A DNA stretch of 48,141 nt from Acidobacteriota bacterium (lineage in GTDB: Bacteria; Acidobacteriota; Polarisedimenticolia; Gp22-AA2; AA152), in assembly GCA_003222305.1 (NCBI GenBank), contig QHVQ01000026.1:1-48141 (forward strand), in the 5' to 3' direction. The notes below the pieces were generated by a model. The model was not told the DNA's origin, searched no databases, and saw nothing but the letters and a program-made list of their open reading frames with translations. A program made the translations under genes and the position numbers. The first letter of the stretch is position 1. Each line of letters begins with the position of its first letter. Positions 35,573-47,855 of the stretch are shown here, one piece after another.

Positions 35573-35734
35573 CTAAGTTTTTCAGGGGTTCGTATATGAA
35601 CGACTGTTTCTTGGCGTTTGCGCTCACCAGAATGATGTAATAGGATGCCGCTCCCACACTGTAGCAGAGCTGCCGGCCAGGATGAAACCTGTCGCTCATG
35701 GCTCCATACCGTCCTGGCCCTCCGGGGGATTTGA

Positions 35735-37024
35735 TTGAAACCCGACCTTTGTCAAGCCGACCCCGAGATAGCCCGTGCGGTAACCGATGAAATCCTCCGA
35801 CAGGAAGGGAATATCAATCTCATCGCCTCGGAGAATTACGTCAGCGAAGCAGTCCTCCAGGCCATGGGATCGGTCTTCACGAACAAGTATGCCGAGGGCT
35901 ATCCTGGGAAAAGATATTACGGCGGCTGCGGCTTCGCGGACGTCGTGGAATCGCTGGCGGTGGAGAGAGCAAAGCTGCTTTTCGGAGCGGAGCACGCGAA
36001 TGTCCAGCCCCACTCCGGCGCGCAGGCCAACATGGCGGTCTACTTCGCGGCCTTGAGGCCCGGCGAGACGGTCCTCGGCATGGGCCTTCCCCACGGGGGC
36101 CATCTCACCCACGGCCATCCGCTCAATTTTTCAGGGGCCTATTTCAAGGTGGTTCCTTACGGTGTCACGCGGGGGACCGAGCTTCTGGACTACGACGAAA
36201 TGGAGCGGACGGCGCACGAACACTCTCCCCGCCTCATAGTGGTGGGGGCGAGCGCCTATTCACGGGTCATCGATTTTCCCCGCGTGCGGCGCATCGCCAA
36301 TGAGTGCGGCGCCAAGGTGCTGGCGGACGTGGCACATTATGCGGGTCTCATTGCAGCGGGGGAATACCCGAGTCCTGTCCCCCACGCCGAATTTGTGACC
36401 CTCACCACGCATAAAACACTCCGTGGTCCCCGGGGCGGGATGATTCTGTGCGAGGAACGATTTGCTAAGGAAATCGATCGCGCTGTCTTTCCAGGGATTC
36501 AGGGAGGTCCTCTGGTGCACATGATCGCCGCGAAAGCGGTGGCGTTCCGGGAGGCACTCACCGACGGCTTCCGCCAGGACCAGGCCGCTACGATTCGAAA
36601 TGCGAGAAGGCTGGCCGAAACCGTGGGCCGGCGAGGCTACCGCATCATCTCGGGTGGGACCGACTGCCATTTGTTCATGATCGATGTGTTCCTGAAGGGG
36701 ATGACGGGCCAGCAGGCGGAGAACATTCTCGGGAAAGTGGGAATCGCGGTGAATAAGAATGTCATTCCCTTTGACACCAATCCTCCCCTGAAGGCGAGTG
36801 GCCTCAGGATCGGCACTCCCTCGGTGACGACCCGTGGCATGAGAGAAAAGGAGATGGAGGAAATTGGAAACCTGCTCGCCGATGTCCTGGAGTATGAGGG
36901 CAGTCCCGAAGCCCTGGAGCGTTCCCGAGGACAGGTTCTGGATCTCTGCAAGCGCTTCCCCTTCTACCGGGACCTCGTAGGGCGATTCCACTATCCCTCC
37001 TCCGGATGTGGGGCCCGTGGCTGA
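35735..37024 (+). CDS. glyA: Serine hydroxymethyltransferase
   Basis: Motifs present are [54 protein letters not shown] and [12 protein letters not shown]. The start is TTG at 35735. Confidence 0.9.
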   Translation: MKPDLCQADPEIARAVTDEILRQEGNINLIASENYVSEAVLQAMGSVFTNKYAEGYPGKRYYGGCGFADVVESLAVERAKLLFGAEHANVQPHSGAQANMAVYFAALRPGETVLGMGLPHGGHLTHGHPLNFSGAYFKVVPYGVTRGTELLDYDEMERTAHEHSPRLIVVGASAYSRVIDFPRVRRIANECGAKVLADVAHYAGLIAAGEYPSPVPHAEFVTLTTHKTLRGPRGGMILCEERFAKEIDRAVFPGIQGGPLVHMIAAKAVAFREALTDGFRQDQAATIRNARRLAETVGRRGYRIISGGTDCHLFMIDVFLKGMTGQQAENILGKVGIAVNKNVIPFDTNPPLKASGLRIGTPSVTTRGMREKEMEEIGNLLADVLEYEGSPEALERSRGQVLDLCKRFPFYRDLVGRFHYPSSGCGARG

Positions 37025-39704
37025 AGGAGCTCTCGGCAGGACCCTTTATCTCGTCGACGGCACCTCCAATATTTTCCGCGCGTTCTATGCGATCCGTGGA
37101 CTGACCAGTCCCTCTGGACGCCCCACCAACGCCACCTTCGGTTTCACCCAGATGCTGCGGAAGCTTCTGCAGGAACAGCACCCGGAATTCATCGCAGTGG
37201 CGTTCGACCGTCCTGAACCGACGCACCGCCACGAGCTGTTTCCCACCTACAAGGCCAACCGCCAGGCTCCTCCCGAGGATTTAGTTGATCAGATCCCGGA
37301 CATCGAAAAGGTCTGCCGGGTGCTCGGAGTCCCGACGGTGGAATTGGCTGGCTATGAGGCGGATGACTTGATGGCGACCCTGGCGAGAAAGGCGACTGCG
37401 GAAGGATTCCGAGTGATCCTCGTTTCATCGGACAAGGACCTTCTACAGCTGGTGGGGGACACGGTGAGCGTCCTCCATCCCTCTCGAGGGGAGCTTCTGG
37501 ATCGGGAAGGAGTGAAGAGACGTTTCGGTGTCTTCCCTGAGCAGGTGGTGGATGTACTGGCTCTCATGGGAGATGCGAGCGACAACGTCCCCGGCGTCCC
37601 CGGCATTGGCGAGAAAGGGGCGCGGGAACTCGTCGCGACCTACGGAAATCTAGAGGAATGCCTCCGTCATGCGTCGGAAATCTCCCGCAAGACGTACCGG
37701 GAAAACCTCCTCAAATACCAAGGCCAGGCTCGGATGAGCCGAGACCTGGTTACCGTTCACAGGGATGTTCCTGTGGAGTGGGCCCTGGATCGCTATCGCA
37801 GGCGGGAGCCTACTCCCGAAGAGGCTCGCCGGCTATTCCAGGAGCTCGGTTTCAGCAAGTTAGCAGAAGAAATCGGGCAGAGTGCTCTCCCGGAAGATTC
37901 CCAGACACCCCCACCGAGCCGGGAGCTGATCGTGAAATGGGTCCACGACCACGAAGAGCTCAAGGACATCGTCAAGCAGGGGGTGGGTCACGGCCATGGC
38001 GCTCTCATGCCGATCCTCTCGTCGGCGGAACCGATGCGAGCAGGGCTGCTCGGTATGGGAATCTCAGTGGCCGCGGGCGCCGCCTACTTTGTCCCACTGG
38101 ATGTCCGAAAGGAATCCGGATTGCCCGGCGTCTCTGAGCAGGGCTTGGTGGAATCGCTCAAGGAATTCTTGGAAAACCCGGAGGTCGCCAAGCTCTCGGA
38201 AGATCTCAAGTCTCTTCAGGTATACCTTCTCCGCCGTGGCGTCAAACTTCAGGGGGGGAAGGTGGACACCACCCTGATCGCCTATCTCCTAGATCCCGAA
38301 GGGACAGACTACAGCTTGGAAAGGCTCGAGGCCTCGTTGCTGGCCCAGTCCCCCTTAGTAGGCCCACCGAGTGCGCTTCTCTCCTCGTGGGAGAAGCGAG
38401 CCAGCCAGACCACGAGGGCCTGTCAGGTTCTTCTAGAGCTTGAGGGTCCTCTGATCCATCGTCTTCGGGAGAAGGGTCTGGATCGTCTCTATAGGGAGTT
38501 GGAGCTGCCACTGACTTCCGTACTTGCCGAGATGGAATATACCGGGGTACGCATCGACTCGGGCTTTTTGAACGAGCTGGGGGTGAAGTGGAAGAGCGAG
38601 TTACGGGAAATTGAGGCCCGCATTCACACCTTGGCCGGTATGGAATTCAACATCCAGTCACCGCGGCAGCTGGGGCGGGTGCTCTTTGAGAAACTGGGGT
38701 TGACGCCAGGCCGAAGGACCGAAAAGGTGAAGTCCTTCTCGACCGGAGTGGATGTCATGGAAAGTCTCGCCAATTCCCATCCGCTACCCGCCGCCGTCCT
38801 GGAATATCGCAGTCTTTCCAAGCTACTCTCGACCTATGTGGAGGCGCTGCCCGATCTCGTGAATCCCGAGACCGGAAGAGTACACGCCTCATTCAACCAA
38901 ACCGCGGCAGCCACGGGGCGCCTCTCCAGCAGCGATCCCAATCTCCAGAACATCCCCAACCGGACCGATCGCGGTAAGCAGATCCGCAAGGCTTTCATCG
39001 CGCAGGAAGGATGGCTCATTTTGACCGCCGACTATTCCCAGATCGAGCTCCGGGTCCTGGCTCATCTGGCAAAGGACGAGGAGATGATCGACGCCTTCCG
39101 CTCCGGGGAGGACATCCACCGGCGCACCGCTGCAGAAGTGCTCGGGGTGGCCCCCGGCCTGGTGACCCCACAGATGAGGCACCAGGCTAAGGCAATCAAT
39201 TTCGGAATTCTTTACGGCATGGGGCCGTTTCGGCTGTCACGGGAATTGGGCGTGTCCCAGGCTGCCGCCAAGCGGTACATCGAGGAGTACTTCCAGAGAT
39301 TCCGGGGAGTGAAGCGCTATATCGAGCAAGTCGTCCAATCGGCGGAACAAACGGGGGCTGTCTCGACCCTTTTCGGCAGGATCCGACCAGTACCCGAGAT
39401 TAAGAGCCGCAATGTCAACCAGCGGAACCAAGGAGTCCGCGTAGCAGTGAACACCACGGTCCAGGGGACGGCGGCGGACTTGATCAAGATGGCGATGTTG
39501 CAACTGGACCGTCGCCTGAAAAAGCATGCGCTGCGGAGCCGATTGCTCATCCAGGTGCATGACGAGTTGGTGCTGGAAGTCCCGGAGACGGAATTGGCAG
39601 AAACCGGTGGGCTGGTACGGGAGAGCATGGAGGGTTGCTGTTCCCTGGAGGTGCCCTTGGTGGCAGAGGTCCGCAGTGGCAGCAACTGGCTGGACACGAA
39701 GTGA
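37008..39704 (+). CDS. polA: DNA polymerase I
   Basis: 898-aa ORF with a 5'-nuclease region ([42 protein letters not shown]), a 3'-5' exo-like middle region and pol motifs ([35 protein letters not shown]). Confidence 0.95.
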   Translation: MGPVAEGALGRTLYLVDGTSNIFRAFYAIRGLTSPSGRPTNATFGFTQMLRKLLQEQHPEFIAVAFDRPEPTHRHELFPTYKANRQAPPEDLVDQIPDIEKVCRVLGVPTVELAGYEADDLMATLARKATAEGFRVILVSSDKDLLQLVGDTVSVLHPSRGELLDREGVKRRFGVFPEQVVDVLALMGDASDNVPGVPGIGEKGARELVATYGNLEECLRHASEISRKTYRENLLKYQGQARMSRDLVTVHRDVPVEWALDRYRRREPTPEEARRLFQELGFSKLAEEIGQSALPEDSQTPPPSRELIVKWVHDHEELKDIVKQGVGHGHGALMPILSSAEPMRAGLLGMGISVAAGAAYFVPLDVRKESGLPGVSEQGLVESLKEFLENPEVAKLSEDLKSLQVYLLRRGVKLQGGKVDTTLIAYLLDPEGTDYSLERLEASLLAQSPLVGPPSALLSSWEKRASQTTRACQVLLELEGPLIHRLREKGLDRLYRELELPLTSVLAEMEYTGVRIDSGFLNELGVKWKSELREIEARIHTLAGMEFNIQSPRQLGRVLFEKLGLTPGRRTEKVKSFSTGVDVMESLANSHPLPAAVLEYRSLSKLLSTYVEALPDLVNPETGRVHASFNQTAAATGRLSSSDPNLQNIPNRTDRGKQIRKAFIAQEGWLILTADYSQIELRVLAHLAKDEEMIDAFRSGEDIHRRTAAEVLGVAPGLVTPQMRHQAKAINFGILYGMGPFRLSRELGVSQAAAKRYIEEYFQRFRGVKRYIEQVVQSAEQTGAVSTLFGRIRPVPEIKSRNVNQRNQGVRVAVNTTVQGTAADLIKMAMLQLDRRLKKHALRSRLLIQVHDELVLEVPETELAETGGLVRESMEGCCSLEVPLVAEVRSGSNWLDTK

Positions 39705-39734
39705 CCGGGCCATGGGGTGAAGCACCGTGGATGA

Positions 39735-39762
39735 TTGACTCCGGCGCGGGTGAGTCTAGATT
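39735..39762 (+). promoter_or_regulatory. Candidate promoter for the HD-GYP regulator (TTGACT-16-TAGATT)
   Basis: TTGACT at 39735-39740 and TAGATT at 39757-39762. AAGGAG at 39794 precedes the TTG at 39805. Confidence 0.4.
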
Positions 39763-39804
39763 ATCCGGTGTGCCCCTTTCCGGGCGCAGTGTAAAGGAGA
39801 AGTC

Positions 39805-40959
39805 TTGCCTCAGGCGACTGACAAAAAAAGTCATGCACATGCCCCAAGGGTCGAGGGCGAATGGGGGATGCCGGCCGGAATCCTGGTTGTGGACGACGAG
39901 GCAGCCATCCGGGACCTCCTCTCCGAGGGACTGAGGGATATGGGCTATGATTGCGCCGTAGCCTCCAACGGCTTTGAGGCCCTGGACCATTTGAAGCGCC
40001 GCCAGTTTTCCTTAGTGCTCAGCGACATTGACATGCCTACCATGGACGGGGTGAAGCTGCTCCAGACCGTCAGGGAGGCTTACCCTGATGTCGAAGTGGT
40101 GATGATCACCGGCGTGGTGGATGTGGAGGTCGCACTACGAGCCATGCGCATGGGGGCCAATGATTACCTCACCAAACCCTTCAACTTGGAGGAAGTCAGG
40201 CTCACGGTGGAGAATGCTCTGGAGAAGCGCCGCCTGGTTAAGGAGAATCGAGAGTATCAGAGGAACCTGGAAGCGAAGGTCGAGGAGCGCACGGTGGAGC
40301 TGGTGCTGAAGCGCCGAGAAATCGAGGATCTCTACGAGAGGCTCCAAGTCTCCTATGAGACGACCCTGGAGGCGCTGGCCGCCGCCCTCGATACCCGCGA
40401 CACGGAAACGCAGGGACACTCGGTCCGTGTCTCGGATTACACAGTGGTCATTGCCCGTCGCATGGGGGTGGAAGACCCGGAGCTGACCGAGATCCGCCGG
40501 GGGGCCCTACTGCACGATGTCGGAAAGATCGGTATTTCCGACGCCGTGCTCAGAAAACCCGGGAAACTCAGCCCTGAAGAATGGATAGAAATGAGGAAGC
40601 ACCCCGAAATCGGCTACCGGATCTTGTCGGGGATCAAATTCCTCGAGAAATCACTCCCCATAGTCATTGCCCATCAAGAGCGATATGACGGATCCGGATA
40701 TCCGCGGGGCCTGAAGGGGGAGGAAATTCCACTAGGTGCCCGAATTTTTGCTGTCGTGGATACTCTGGACGCCATGACCTCGGACCGGCCTTACCGCAGG
40801 GCCTTGAGCTACGAGACTGCCAGGCAGGAAATCATTCGGAACTCGGGAATCCAATTCGATCCGAGTGTGGTGGAAGTTTTTCTCTCCATCCCGCCGGACG
40901 ACTGGAAGGCCGTTCATGGCCGAAATCCGGACCGCCGCGATCCCGCACGCGCCAGCTAA
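39805..40959 (+). CDS. Response regulator with HD-GYP domain (RpfG-type c-di-GMP phosphodiesterase)
   Basis: The receiver reads ILVVDDEAAIRDLL...LVLSDIDMPTMDG...KPF. The HD-GYP region reads HSVRVSDY...LLHDVGKIG...HQERYDGSGYPRGL. The start is TTG 39805 or ATG 39868. Confidence 0.85.
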   Translation: MPQATDKKSHAHAPRVEGEWGMPAGILVVDDEAAIRDLLSEGLRDMGYDCAVASNGFEALDHLKRRQFSLVLSDIDMPTMDGVKLLQTVREAYPDVEVVMITGVVDVEVALRAMRMGANDYLTKPFNLEEVRLTVENALEKRRLVKENREYQRNLEAKVEERTVELVLKRREIEDLYERLQVSYETTLEALAAALDTRDTETQGHSVRVSDYTVVIARRMGVEDPELTEIRRGALLHDVGKIGISDAVLRKPGKLSPEEWIEMRKHPEIGYRILSGIKFLEKSLPIVIAHQERYDGSGYPRGLKGEEIPLGARIFAVVDTLDAMTSDRPYRRALSYETARQEIIRNSGIQFDPSVVEVFLSIPPDDWKAVHGRNPDRRDPARAS

Positions 40960-41843
40960 CCCCTGCCGGGCCCCAGGCCTCGGTTGAGTCTCGGATCCAG
41001 CCAGTCCCGGATCGAGTCGCCAAGAAAATTGAAACTCAGCACGGCCAGCATGATCGCTGTTCCCGGATAAAGGATCAGGTGTGGAGCGTCGAAGAGGTGT
41101 TGGCTTCCGCTGCGCAACATGCTGCCCCAGCTGGCCTGGGGCGGGGGGAGTCCCAGGCCAAGAAAACTCAGTCCAGCCTCGGAGAGAATGACCCCGGCCA
41201 TTCCCACCGTGGCCTGCACGATAATGGGACCCGAGATGTTGGGCAGCAGGTGGAATAGCAGAATCCGATCCCATCGTGCGCCGGCAGCCCTCGCCGAGAA
41301 AACGTACTCCATCTCCCGGGTCTTCAGAATTTGGGCTCGCGCCAGCCGCGCGTATCCCACCCAGCCGATGAGACAGAGGGCAAGCACCAAGTTACCTTCT
41401 CCCGGCCCCAGCACTGCCACCAAGGAGATCGCTAGGAGAATGCTAGGAAACGCCATGAGGATATCGACACCCCGCATGATCACATCGTCCACCCAACCCC
41501 CAGCGAATCCTGCGACTGTCCCTAGGGTGAGACCGACCAGGGTTGAGGAAGAGACCACCACGAAGCTCAGAAAGAGTGAGATCCTGGCGCCGAAGATCAG
41601 TCGCGAGGCGATGTCTCGGCCCAGCTCGTCGAGCCCAAGCGGATGCAGGGCTGAGGGCACGTCGAAGCGACGGGACAGATCCTGGGATCCGACCGGATAG
41701 GGTGCCAAGAGTGGTGCCCCCAGTGCCAAGACCACCATGACTGCAAGAACTGTCGAACCCGACAGCCCAAGAGGATCGTGCCAGAGGTGGTATCGGAGGG
41801 AAGCGAAGGCCCCAATCCTCCGCCGGGGAGGGAGGTCATCCAT
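40956..41843 (-). CDS. ABC transporter permease (DppC/OppC-like)
   Basis: BPD_transp_1-type layout with SARAAGARWDRILLFHLLPN. ATG at 41843 overlaps the upstream permease stop by 8 nt. Confidence 0.8.
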   Translation of the reverse strand: MDDLPPRRRIGAFASLRYHLWHDPLGLSGSTVLAVMVVLALGAPLLAPYPVGSQDLSRRFDVPSALHPLGLDELGRDIASRLIFGARISLFLSFVVVSSSTLVGLTLGTVAGFAGGWVDDVIMRGVDILMAFPSILLAISLVAVLGPGEGNLVLALCLIGWVGYARLARAQILKTREMEYVFSARAAGARWDRILLFHLLPNISGPIIVQATVGMAGVILSEAGLSFLGLGLPPPQASWGSMLRSGSQHLFDAPHLILYPGTAIMLAVLSFNFLGDSIRDWLDPRLNRGLGPGRG

Positions 41844-42774
41844 GGCGAACCCGCGGATCGAAGACGGCATAGGCAAGATCGGTCGCAAGATTCACCAAGA
41901 CGTACGTCAAGGCAATTATGAGGATGCATCCCTGTACGAGTGGATAATCCCGTGTCTCGATGGCTTGGATTGTCAGCCGCCCCAGACCTGGCCAGCCGAA
42001 CACGGTCTCGGTGATGACGGCTCCAGTGAGTAGAACGCCCAGTTGAAGGCCGAGCACTGTCAGCACCGGGACAAAGGCATTTCTGAGGGAATGCCTGAGT
42101 ACAACCCTCCACTTTCCTAACCCTCTGGCCGCAGCAGCCACGCAGTATGGGCTTGCAATCTCTTCCAGCAAACTGGCCCGGATCATCCGGGCGAGAATAG
42201 CGGCCAGCGCCGTGCCCAACGCGACAGAGGGAAGTACGATCGCCGAGGGCTCTTCCATTCCCGAGACAGGAAACCAATCGAGGCGCACCGAAAATACCAG
42301 GATGAGCAAGGGTCCGACCCAGAAATTGGGGAGCGAGAGTCCCAACAAGGAGAGGGTCGTCGCCATGCGGTCCCAGGCCGTGCCGCGGTGCACTGCGGCG
42401 ATAAGCCCCGCGGGAAAAGCGACGACACAGGCCAACAGCATGCTGGCACCTGTCAAGACGAGGGTCGCAGGATAACGGCTGAGGATGAGACTGCGGACGG
42501 GCTCCCTGTATCGAAGGGATTCCCCCAGATCTCCCGAGGCCGCGTGTCGCAGGAATTGGGCGTACTGGTTCACCAGTGGCCTGTCCAAGCCGAGCCGTGT
42601 GCGCAGGTCAGACACATCGGTGGCAGTGGCCCCTTCCCCCAGCATAACCTGGACAGGATCTCCGGGGATTAAGTGAATGAGGGAAAAGACCAGGGTGCAG
42701 ACGCCCAGGAGCACCGGGGCGGAGAGGAGTAATCTGCGGAGAAGAAAAGATTTCAATGTGCTCGACACCGGCAA
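41836..42774 (-). CDS. ABC transporter permease (DppB/OppB-like)
   Basis: Motifs present are LLRRLLLSAPVLLGVCTLVFSLIHLIPGDP, AARGLGKWRVVLRHSLRNA and a DPRVR tail. The exact start (TTG/GTG at 42774-42756) is uncertain. Confidence 0.8.
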   Translation of the reverse strand: MPVSSTLKSFLLRRLLLSAPVLLGVCTLVFSLIHLIPGDPVQVMLGEGATATDVSDLRTRLGLDRPLVNQYAQFLRHAASGDLGESLRYREPVRSLILSRYPATLVLTGASMLLACVVAFPAGLIAAVHRGTAWDRMATTLSLLGLSLPNFWVGPLLILVFSVRLDWFPVSGMEEPSAIVLPSVALGTALAAILARMIRASLLEEIASPYCVAAAARGLGKWRVVLRHSLRNAFVPVLTVLGLQLGVLLTGAVITETVFGWPGLGRLTIQAIETRDYPLVQGCILIIALTYVLVNLATDLAYAVFDPRVRHG

Positions 42775-42829
42775 GAAAACGCGCGCATCATAACATAGGC
42801 TCCGCGGCTAGGCAGGAGATCGCGAATCC

Positions 42830-42858
42830 TTGACTCCACACCGCAGATTCTTTATATT
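42830..42858 (+). promoter_or_regulatory. Candidate promoter for the LolA-like gene (TTGACT-17-TATATT)
   Basis: TTGACT at 42830-42835 and TATATT at 42853-42858. The ~80-nt leader contains three short hairpins (CCGTCCG/CGGACGG, GGGCTGCAGCCC, CCCGCT/AGCGGG). Confidence 0.45.
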
Positions 42859-42939
42859 GCCCGCCGTCCGAGCCACAAATCCACGGACGGAAAGGGCTGC
42901 AGCCCTCCCGCCCGCTCGAAAAGCGGGACCCACTCAGGC

Positions 42940-43659
42940 ATGAAGAAGCCATTCGTACTCCTAACCCTTGTATTCCTGATGACGGGTTTCCAGACAGAGG
43001 AAATCCGCTCCCAGGAAGCGGGCGCTCCCGCGGTTGGCCTTGAGCAGCTGCTTAAGAGATTCAATGAAAGCCAGCAGGCAGTCCAGAGTCTCACAGCCAA
43101 CTTTAGCGAGCGCAAGAATCTCAGCCTTCTGGCCAAGCCAGTGGTCGCGAATGGAACTTTCCTGTATTCAAAGCCAGGGCGAATCAAATGGGAATACTCC
43201 GAGCCGGAACCCCGGATCTTCCTGATCACCGAGAATCGCTTTGTGGCTTATTACCCCAACCAGAAACGTGCGGAGGAAGTACCCCTGAGCAAGCTGGCCG
43301 GCAGGAGAGTTTTCCGGGTCTTCGGAATCGGGCAGACCTCCGAGGACCTGGAGAAATTCTTCGACATATCGCAGACGGACCCTGGGGAGGAGAAGGGCAC
43401 CTATCTCCTGGTGCTGACGCCCAAGCGCCGCCGTGTCAAGGATCGGTTACAACTGGTTCGCTTCTGGGTCGATGCGAAAACCTACCTACCCCGCAGACTG
43501 GAGTACCTGGAGTCCGACGGCGATTCCACGCTACTGACTTTCGCGAACTTGCGTCTCAATCCTGACATTGCCGAGGCGCGATTCAACGTGCACATTCCTG
43601 AAGATGTCCAGGTCAGCAATACCTTCACCGGGTTCGATGGTTCGGGTCTGAGCCACTGA
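42940..43659 (+). CDS. LolA-like outer-membrane lipoprotein carrier/sorting protein
   Basis: The signal peptide is MKKPFVLLTLVFLMTG. The LolA-like core reads LTANFSERKNLSLLAKPVVANGTFLYSKPGRIKWEYSEP. Confidence 0.7.
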   Translation: MKKPFVLLTLVFLMTGFQTEEIRSQEAGAPAVGLEQLLKRFNESQQAVQSLTANFSERKNLSLLAKPVVANGTFLYSKPGRIKWEYSEPEPRIFLITENRFVAYYPNQKRAEEVPLSKLAGRRVFRVFGIGQTSEDLEKFFDISQTDPGEEKGTYLLVLTPKRRRVKDRLQLVRFWVDAKTYLPRRLEYLESDGDSTLLTFANLRLNPDIAEARFNVHIPEDVQVSNTFTGFDGSGLSH

Positions 43660-43730
43660 ATAGGTTCCGTCCCTTCGCGCCTCCCAAGACCCTTGTTCCG
43701 CCTTCACCCGCGTCGGGGGCCTCTCCCTGA

Positions 43731-43773
43731 AAATGAAAAACCCCTCCGGCCCCCAAGGAGGGCACCGGAGGGG
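43731..43773 (-). terminator. Rho-independent terminator downstream of groEL
   Basis: On the minus strand, a CCCCTCCGG...CCGGAGGGG stem (9 bp) is followed by a TTTTTCATTTT run, 20 nt after the groEL stop. Confidence 0.6.
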
Positions 43774-43793
43774 TAGCGGTTCGGACGTCGGAA

Positions 43794-45389
<1,596 letters not shown>

Positions 45390-45471
45390 TTACCTCCTCG
45401 AACGGGCCGGAATCTTCTCTCCGAGCCCTGAAATTTGAAGCCCACTCCGGCGTGGGCAGACCCTTCCGGTT

Positions 45472-45759
45472 CTAGCCGACAATCCCTAGGACCTCATCCT
45501 CTTTCACAATCACGTGCTCGACTTCGTCAATCTTCACTTCGGTGCCGGCGTATTTGCCGATAAGCACTTTGTCCCCTACCTTCACTTCGATAGGGATCCG
45601 CTTGCCACTCTTGTCCAGACGACCAGCCCCCACGGCCACCACCTTGCCCTCCATCGGCTTTTCCTTGGCGGTGTCGGGGATGATGATTCCACCCTTAACC
45701 TCTTCCCTGGGGTCCAGGCGGCGAACTAAGATTCGATCGTAGAGAGGCTTTACCTTCAT
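45472..45759 (-). CDS. groES: Co-chaperonin GroES
   Basis: The ORF reads MKVKPLYDRILVRRLDPREEVKGGIIIPDTAKEKPMEGKVVAVG... ATG at 45759 follows GGAGG. The upstream 21 codons of the ORF are not used. Confidence 0.9.
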   Translation of the reverse strand: MKVKPLYDRILVRRLDPREEVKGGIIIPDTAKEKPMEGKVVAVGAGRLDKSGKRIPIEVKVGDKVLIGKYAGTEVKIDEVEHVIVKEDEVLGIVG

Positions 45760-45811
45760 AGAATTACCTCCGTTGGTTTGTTGTTTGTCACGGCTTCGCG
45801 GAACGTAACTG

Positions 45812-45838
45812 CTAGCACTCATCTGGGGCGAGTGACAA
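45812..45838 (-). promoter_or_regulatory. CIRCE-like HrcA operator (CTAGCACTC-N9-GAGTGACAA)
   Basis: It matches the TTAGCACTC-N9-GAGTGCTAA consensus at most positions with the exact 9-nt spacer. It lies between the groES promoter and the RBS. Confidence 0.7.
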
Positions 45839-45865
45839 TATAGCGACTCTCCTCCAGTGTGTCAA
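45837..45865 (-). promoter_or_regulatory. Candidate groESL promoter (TTGACA-17-TATATT)
   Basis: On the minus strand, TTGACA is at 45865-45860 and TATATT at 45842-45837, abutting the CIRCE element. Confidence 0.5.
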
Positions 45866-45965
45866 GGCCTGCGCACCGAGCTTGTCGAGGGCCCAGGGAG
45901 CCAGCTAGGGGGGAACCTGCTCGTCAGATTCTATAGACGAACCTACGAGCGGGGCAAAAATCAGC

Positions 45966-47855
45966 ATGTGCGAATACTTGAAGATTTTGATGCCGACTGT
46001 ATATATCTTAGAGGAGGCGCGTAGGCTTCCTCGGCCGGCACTGGCATCAGGAGGAGCATTGGGAAACCCGAGACCCCCTTTAGAAGACCTCAACCAAGAG
46101 AGGCTGGAAGCTCGAATCAGAGAACTGGCCCAACGACTCTTTGCCGACAAGAGAGTGGACGATCTTGAGACCTGGCACCTGGTACAGGTGGTGGAGCACT
46201 GCTCCAGGGCGATCTCTGACATCTATCGCACGGTCAATCTTGATCAGATCTTGCGAGGAACCGTGCAGCGTCCCCAGAATCTCGAAGAGCTGCTCCCCGC
46301 CGTGTCCAAGTTCTCCGCCAGACCCCTCCGCCGGGTGACACGGGTTCCCGACGAATTGCGTGGCATCGGTGACCGATGCCTGTACGACATCGGCATGGCC
46401 GGCGTCAAGGATTACCGCGGCTTGAGCTTGGAGACGCTGGGGGTCCGTTCCTACCGTATGGCAGCGGACATTCTTTCCATTCTGGCCAACGAGCGAGATC
46501 TCAGGGAGCTCTTTCAGCGTAACCGAATGCGCTCGCTTCCGATCGAGGAGGAAGTTGCTTTCCTCCGGCAGTGCGCCGCGCGCTTCAATCTCTATGCCAG
46601 ACTCCTCACGACTCTGCGGGAAGAAGCTGGAGCGGAGACCGGTCTGAGCGCTACTCTCGCCCTCCCTGTCGCTGATGAAACGCAAGGGGACGACCGGATG
46701 CCGAGCGAAGCAAACCGAGCTTCCCCGGATGAGAACGTGCGTCTCAGCAAGCCAGGTGAATCTCGAGAGAGTGTCCTCTCCCGTTATGAGCGCATTTTGC
46801 TTTTTGCCGACACCGACATCGACGCAGTCCGAAGCGACTTAAAGCACCTCGTGGTCGACCAGGAGGAGGCAGTGGATGCGCTTTGCGACGATTTCCTTCT
46901 GAACGCCACGGGCACTCAACTCAAGCGAGTCCCGCAGTCGTATTTCTTGGTAGGGCCCACTGGGGTTGGCAAAAACCATCTCATGGAATCACTGGCGGGG
47001 GTTCTGGAAGCTCATTGGGGTGTGGAGATCCCATTCCTGATCATCGAAGGGCCGCAGTACACGCATCCTTCGGATGTGCACGAGCTTCGAGGTGCAACCC
47101 GGGGGTTCATCCGCAGCGATGAGCCGGGGATTCTAACCGAATTCCATGAGCGTTCCTCGCGGTCTCCGCTCTCGATTCTACTCGTGGACGAAGTAGAAAA
47201 GGCCCATCCGCAGCTCCAGAAATTCTTCCTCCCCATTATGGATCGAGGTACTGTCCACGATAATCGCGGGCAGGAACTGAGCTTTGAGGGGACCGTGCTG
47301 GCCTTCACGTCGAACCTAGGCTATTCCACATCCGAGACCCCCGCGGAACCGATCGGCTACAGGGGAGGACCGTCGGAGCGATCTCGACGGCAGCGCAGCG
47401 ACGCCGAGCGCCAGCTTCGCAAGGTCCTTTCGCCGGAGTTTTTGGGGCGGCTCCGTACCATTCGGTTCCTTCCCCTTTCGCTACTTTCGATGGAAGCCAT
47501 TTTGAACCTGGAAGTTTCCAAGATATTCCAACGATTCCGAGAACTCCACGGTGTGGATGTGTCTCTTACGCCCGCAGCAAGACTGCGACTCCAAGAGTTG
47601 GGGTTTAGTCCCAGCCAGGGAGCTAGACATCTCATTGAGGTCAGCCGGCGGATCAAACAGGATGAGGTCCCAGCCCCCGCTGACCGGGGGCAAACGGTCC
47701 GCTACCTGAGAGAGATTCGTCAGGGCGATCGAGCATTCGAAGCTGGGGCGGTGGAACGGGTTGTTCTTCGGCAGGCCCGGGTGGCCCTCCCTTACTCCCG
47801 AATCGTCATCGATCTTGCGGATGGCAAGTTCTGCTATCTGGGTCAGAAGGCGTGA
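45966..47855 (+). CDS. Single-module Hsp100/Clp D2-like AAA+ ATPase with an unrecognised ~300-aa N-terminal region
   Basis: The C-terminal half has FLVGPTGVGKNHLMESLA (Walker A), ILLVDEVEKAHP (Walker B), AFTSNLG (sensor 1), LSPEFLGRL and GARHL (D2-small/sensor 2). The coordinates give the maximal ORF. The likely start is 46059. Confidence 0.75.
   Translation: MCEYLKILMPTVYILEEARRLPRPALASGGALGNPRPPLEDLNQERLEARIRELAQRLFADKRVDDLETWHLVQVVEHCSRAISDIYRTVNLDQILRGTVQRPQNLEELLPAVSKFSARPLRRVTRVPDELRGIGDRCLYDIGMAGVKDYRGLSLETLGVRSYRMAADILSILANERDLRELFQRNRMRSLPIEEEVAFLRQCAARFNLYARLLTTLREEAGAETGLSATLALPVADETQGDDRMPSEANRASPDENVRLSKPGESRESVLSRYERILLFADTDIDAVRSDLKHLVVDQEEAVDALCDDFLLNATGTQLKRVPQSYFLVGPTGVGKNHLMESLAGVLEAHWGVEIPFLIIEGPQYTHPSDVHELRGATRGFIRSDEPGILTEFHERSSRSPLSILLVDEVEKAHPQLQKFFLPIMDRGTVHDNRGQELSFEGTVLAFTSNLGYSTSETPAEPIGYRGGPSERSRRQRSDAERQLRKVLSPEFLGRLRTIRFLPLSLLSMEAILNLEVSKIFQRFRELHGVDVSLTPAARLRLQELGFSPSQGARHLIEVSRRIKQDEVPAPADRGQTVRYLREIRQGDRAFEAGAVERVVLRQARVALPYSRIVIDLADGKFCYLGQKA
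45978..46005 (+). promoter_or_regulatory. Candidate promoter for the AAA+ gene (TTGAAG-16-TATATA)
   Basis: TTGAAG at 45978-45983 and TATATA at 46000-46005 form the only AT-rich patch in the region. If used, the real start codon is downstream, for example TTG 46059 after AGGAGG. Confidence 0.35.

Noticed and set aside
35620-35734. Possible ZTP (pfl) or other riboswitch in the glyA leader. GGCCAGG...CCTGGCC long-range pairing is possible, and ACCGTCCTGGCCC vaguely resembles the CCGCCTGGGC box.
   Set aside because: The conserved 3' box is not matched exactly, and I could not find the 5' sub-domain consensus. This needs an Infernal/Rfam scan before it can be claimed.
40956-42774. Two Dpp/Opp-type permease genes without an adjacent ATPase or binding-protein gene, considered as a degenerate or novel transporter.
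   Set aside because: The partner genes can be encoded elsewhere, and both permeases look intact. There is nothing unusual in the sequence itself.
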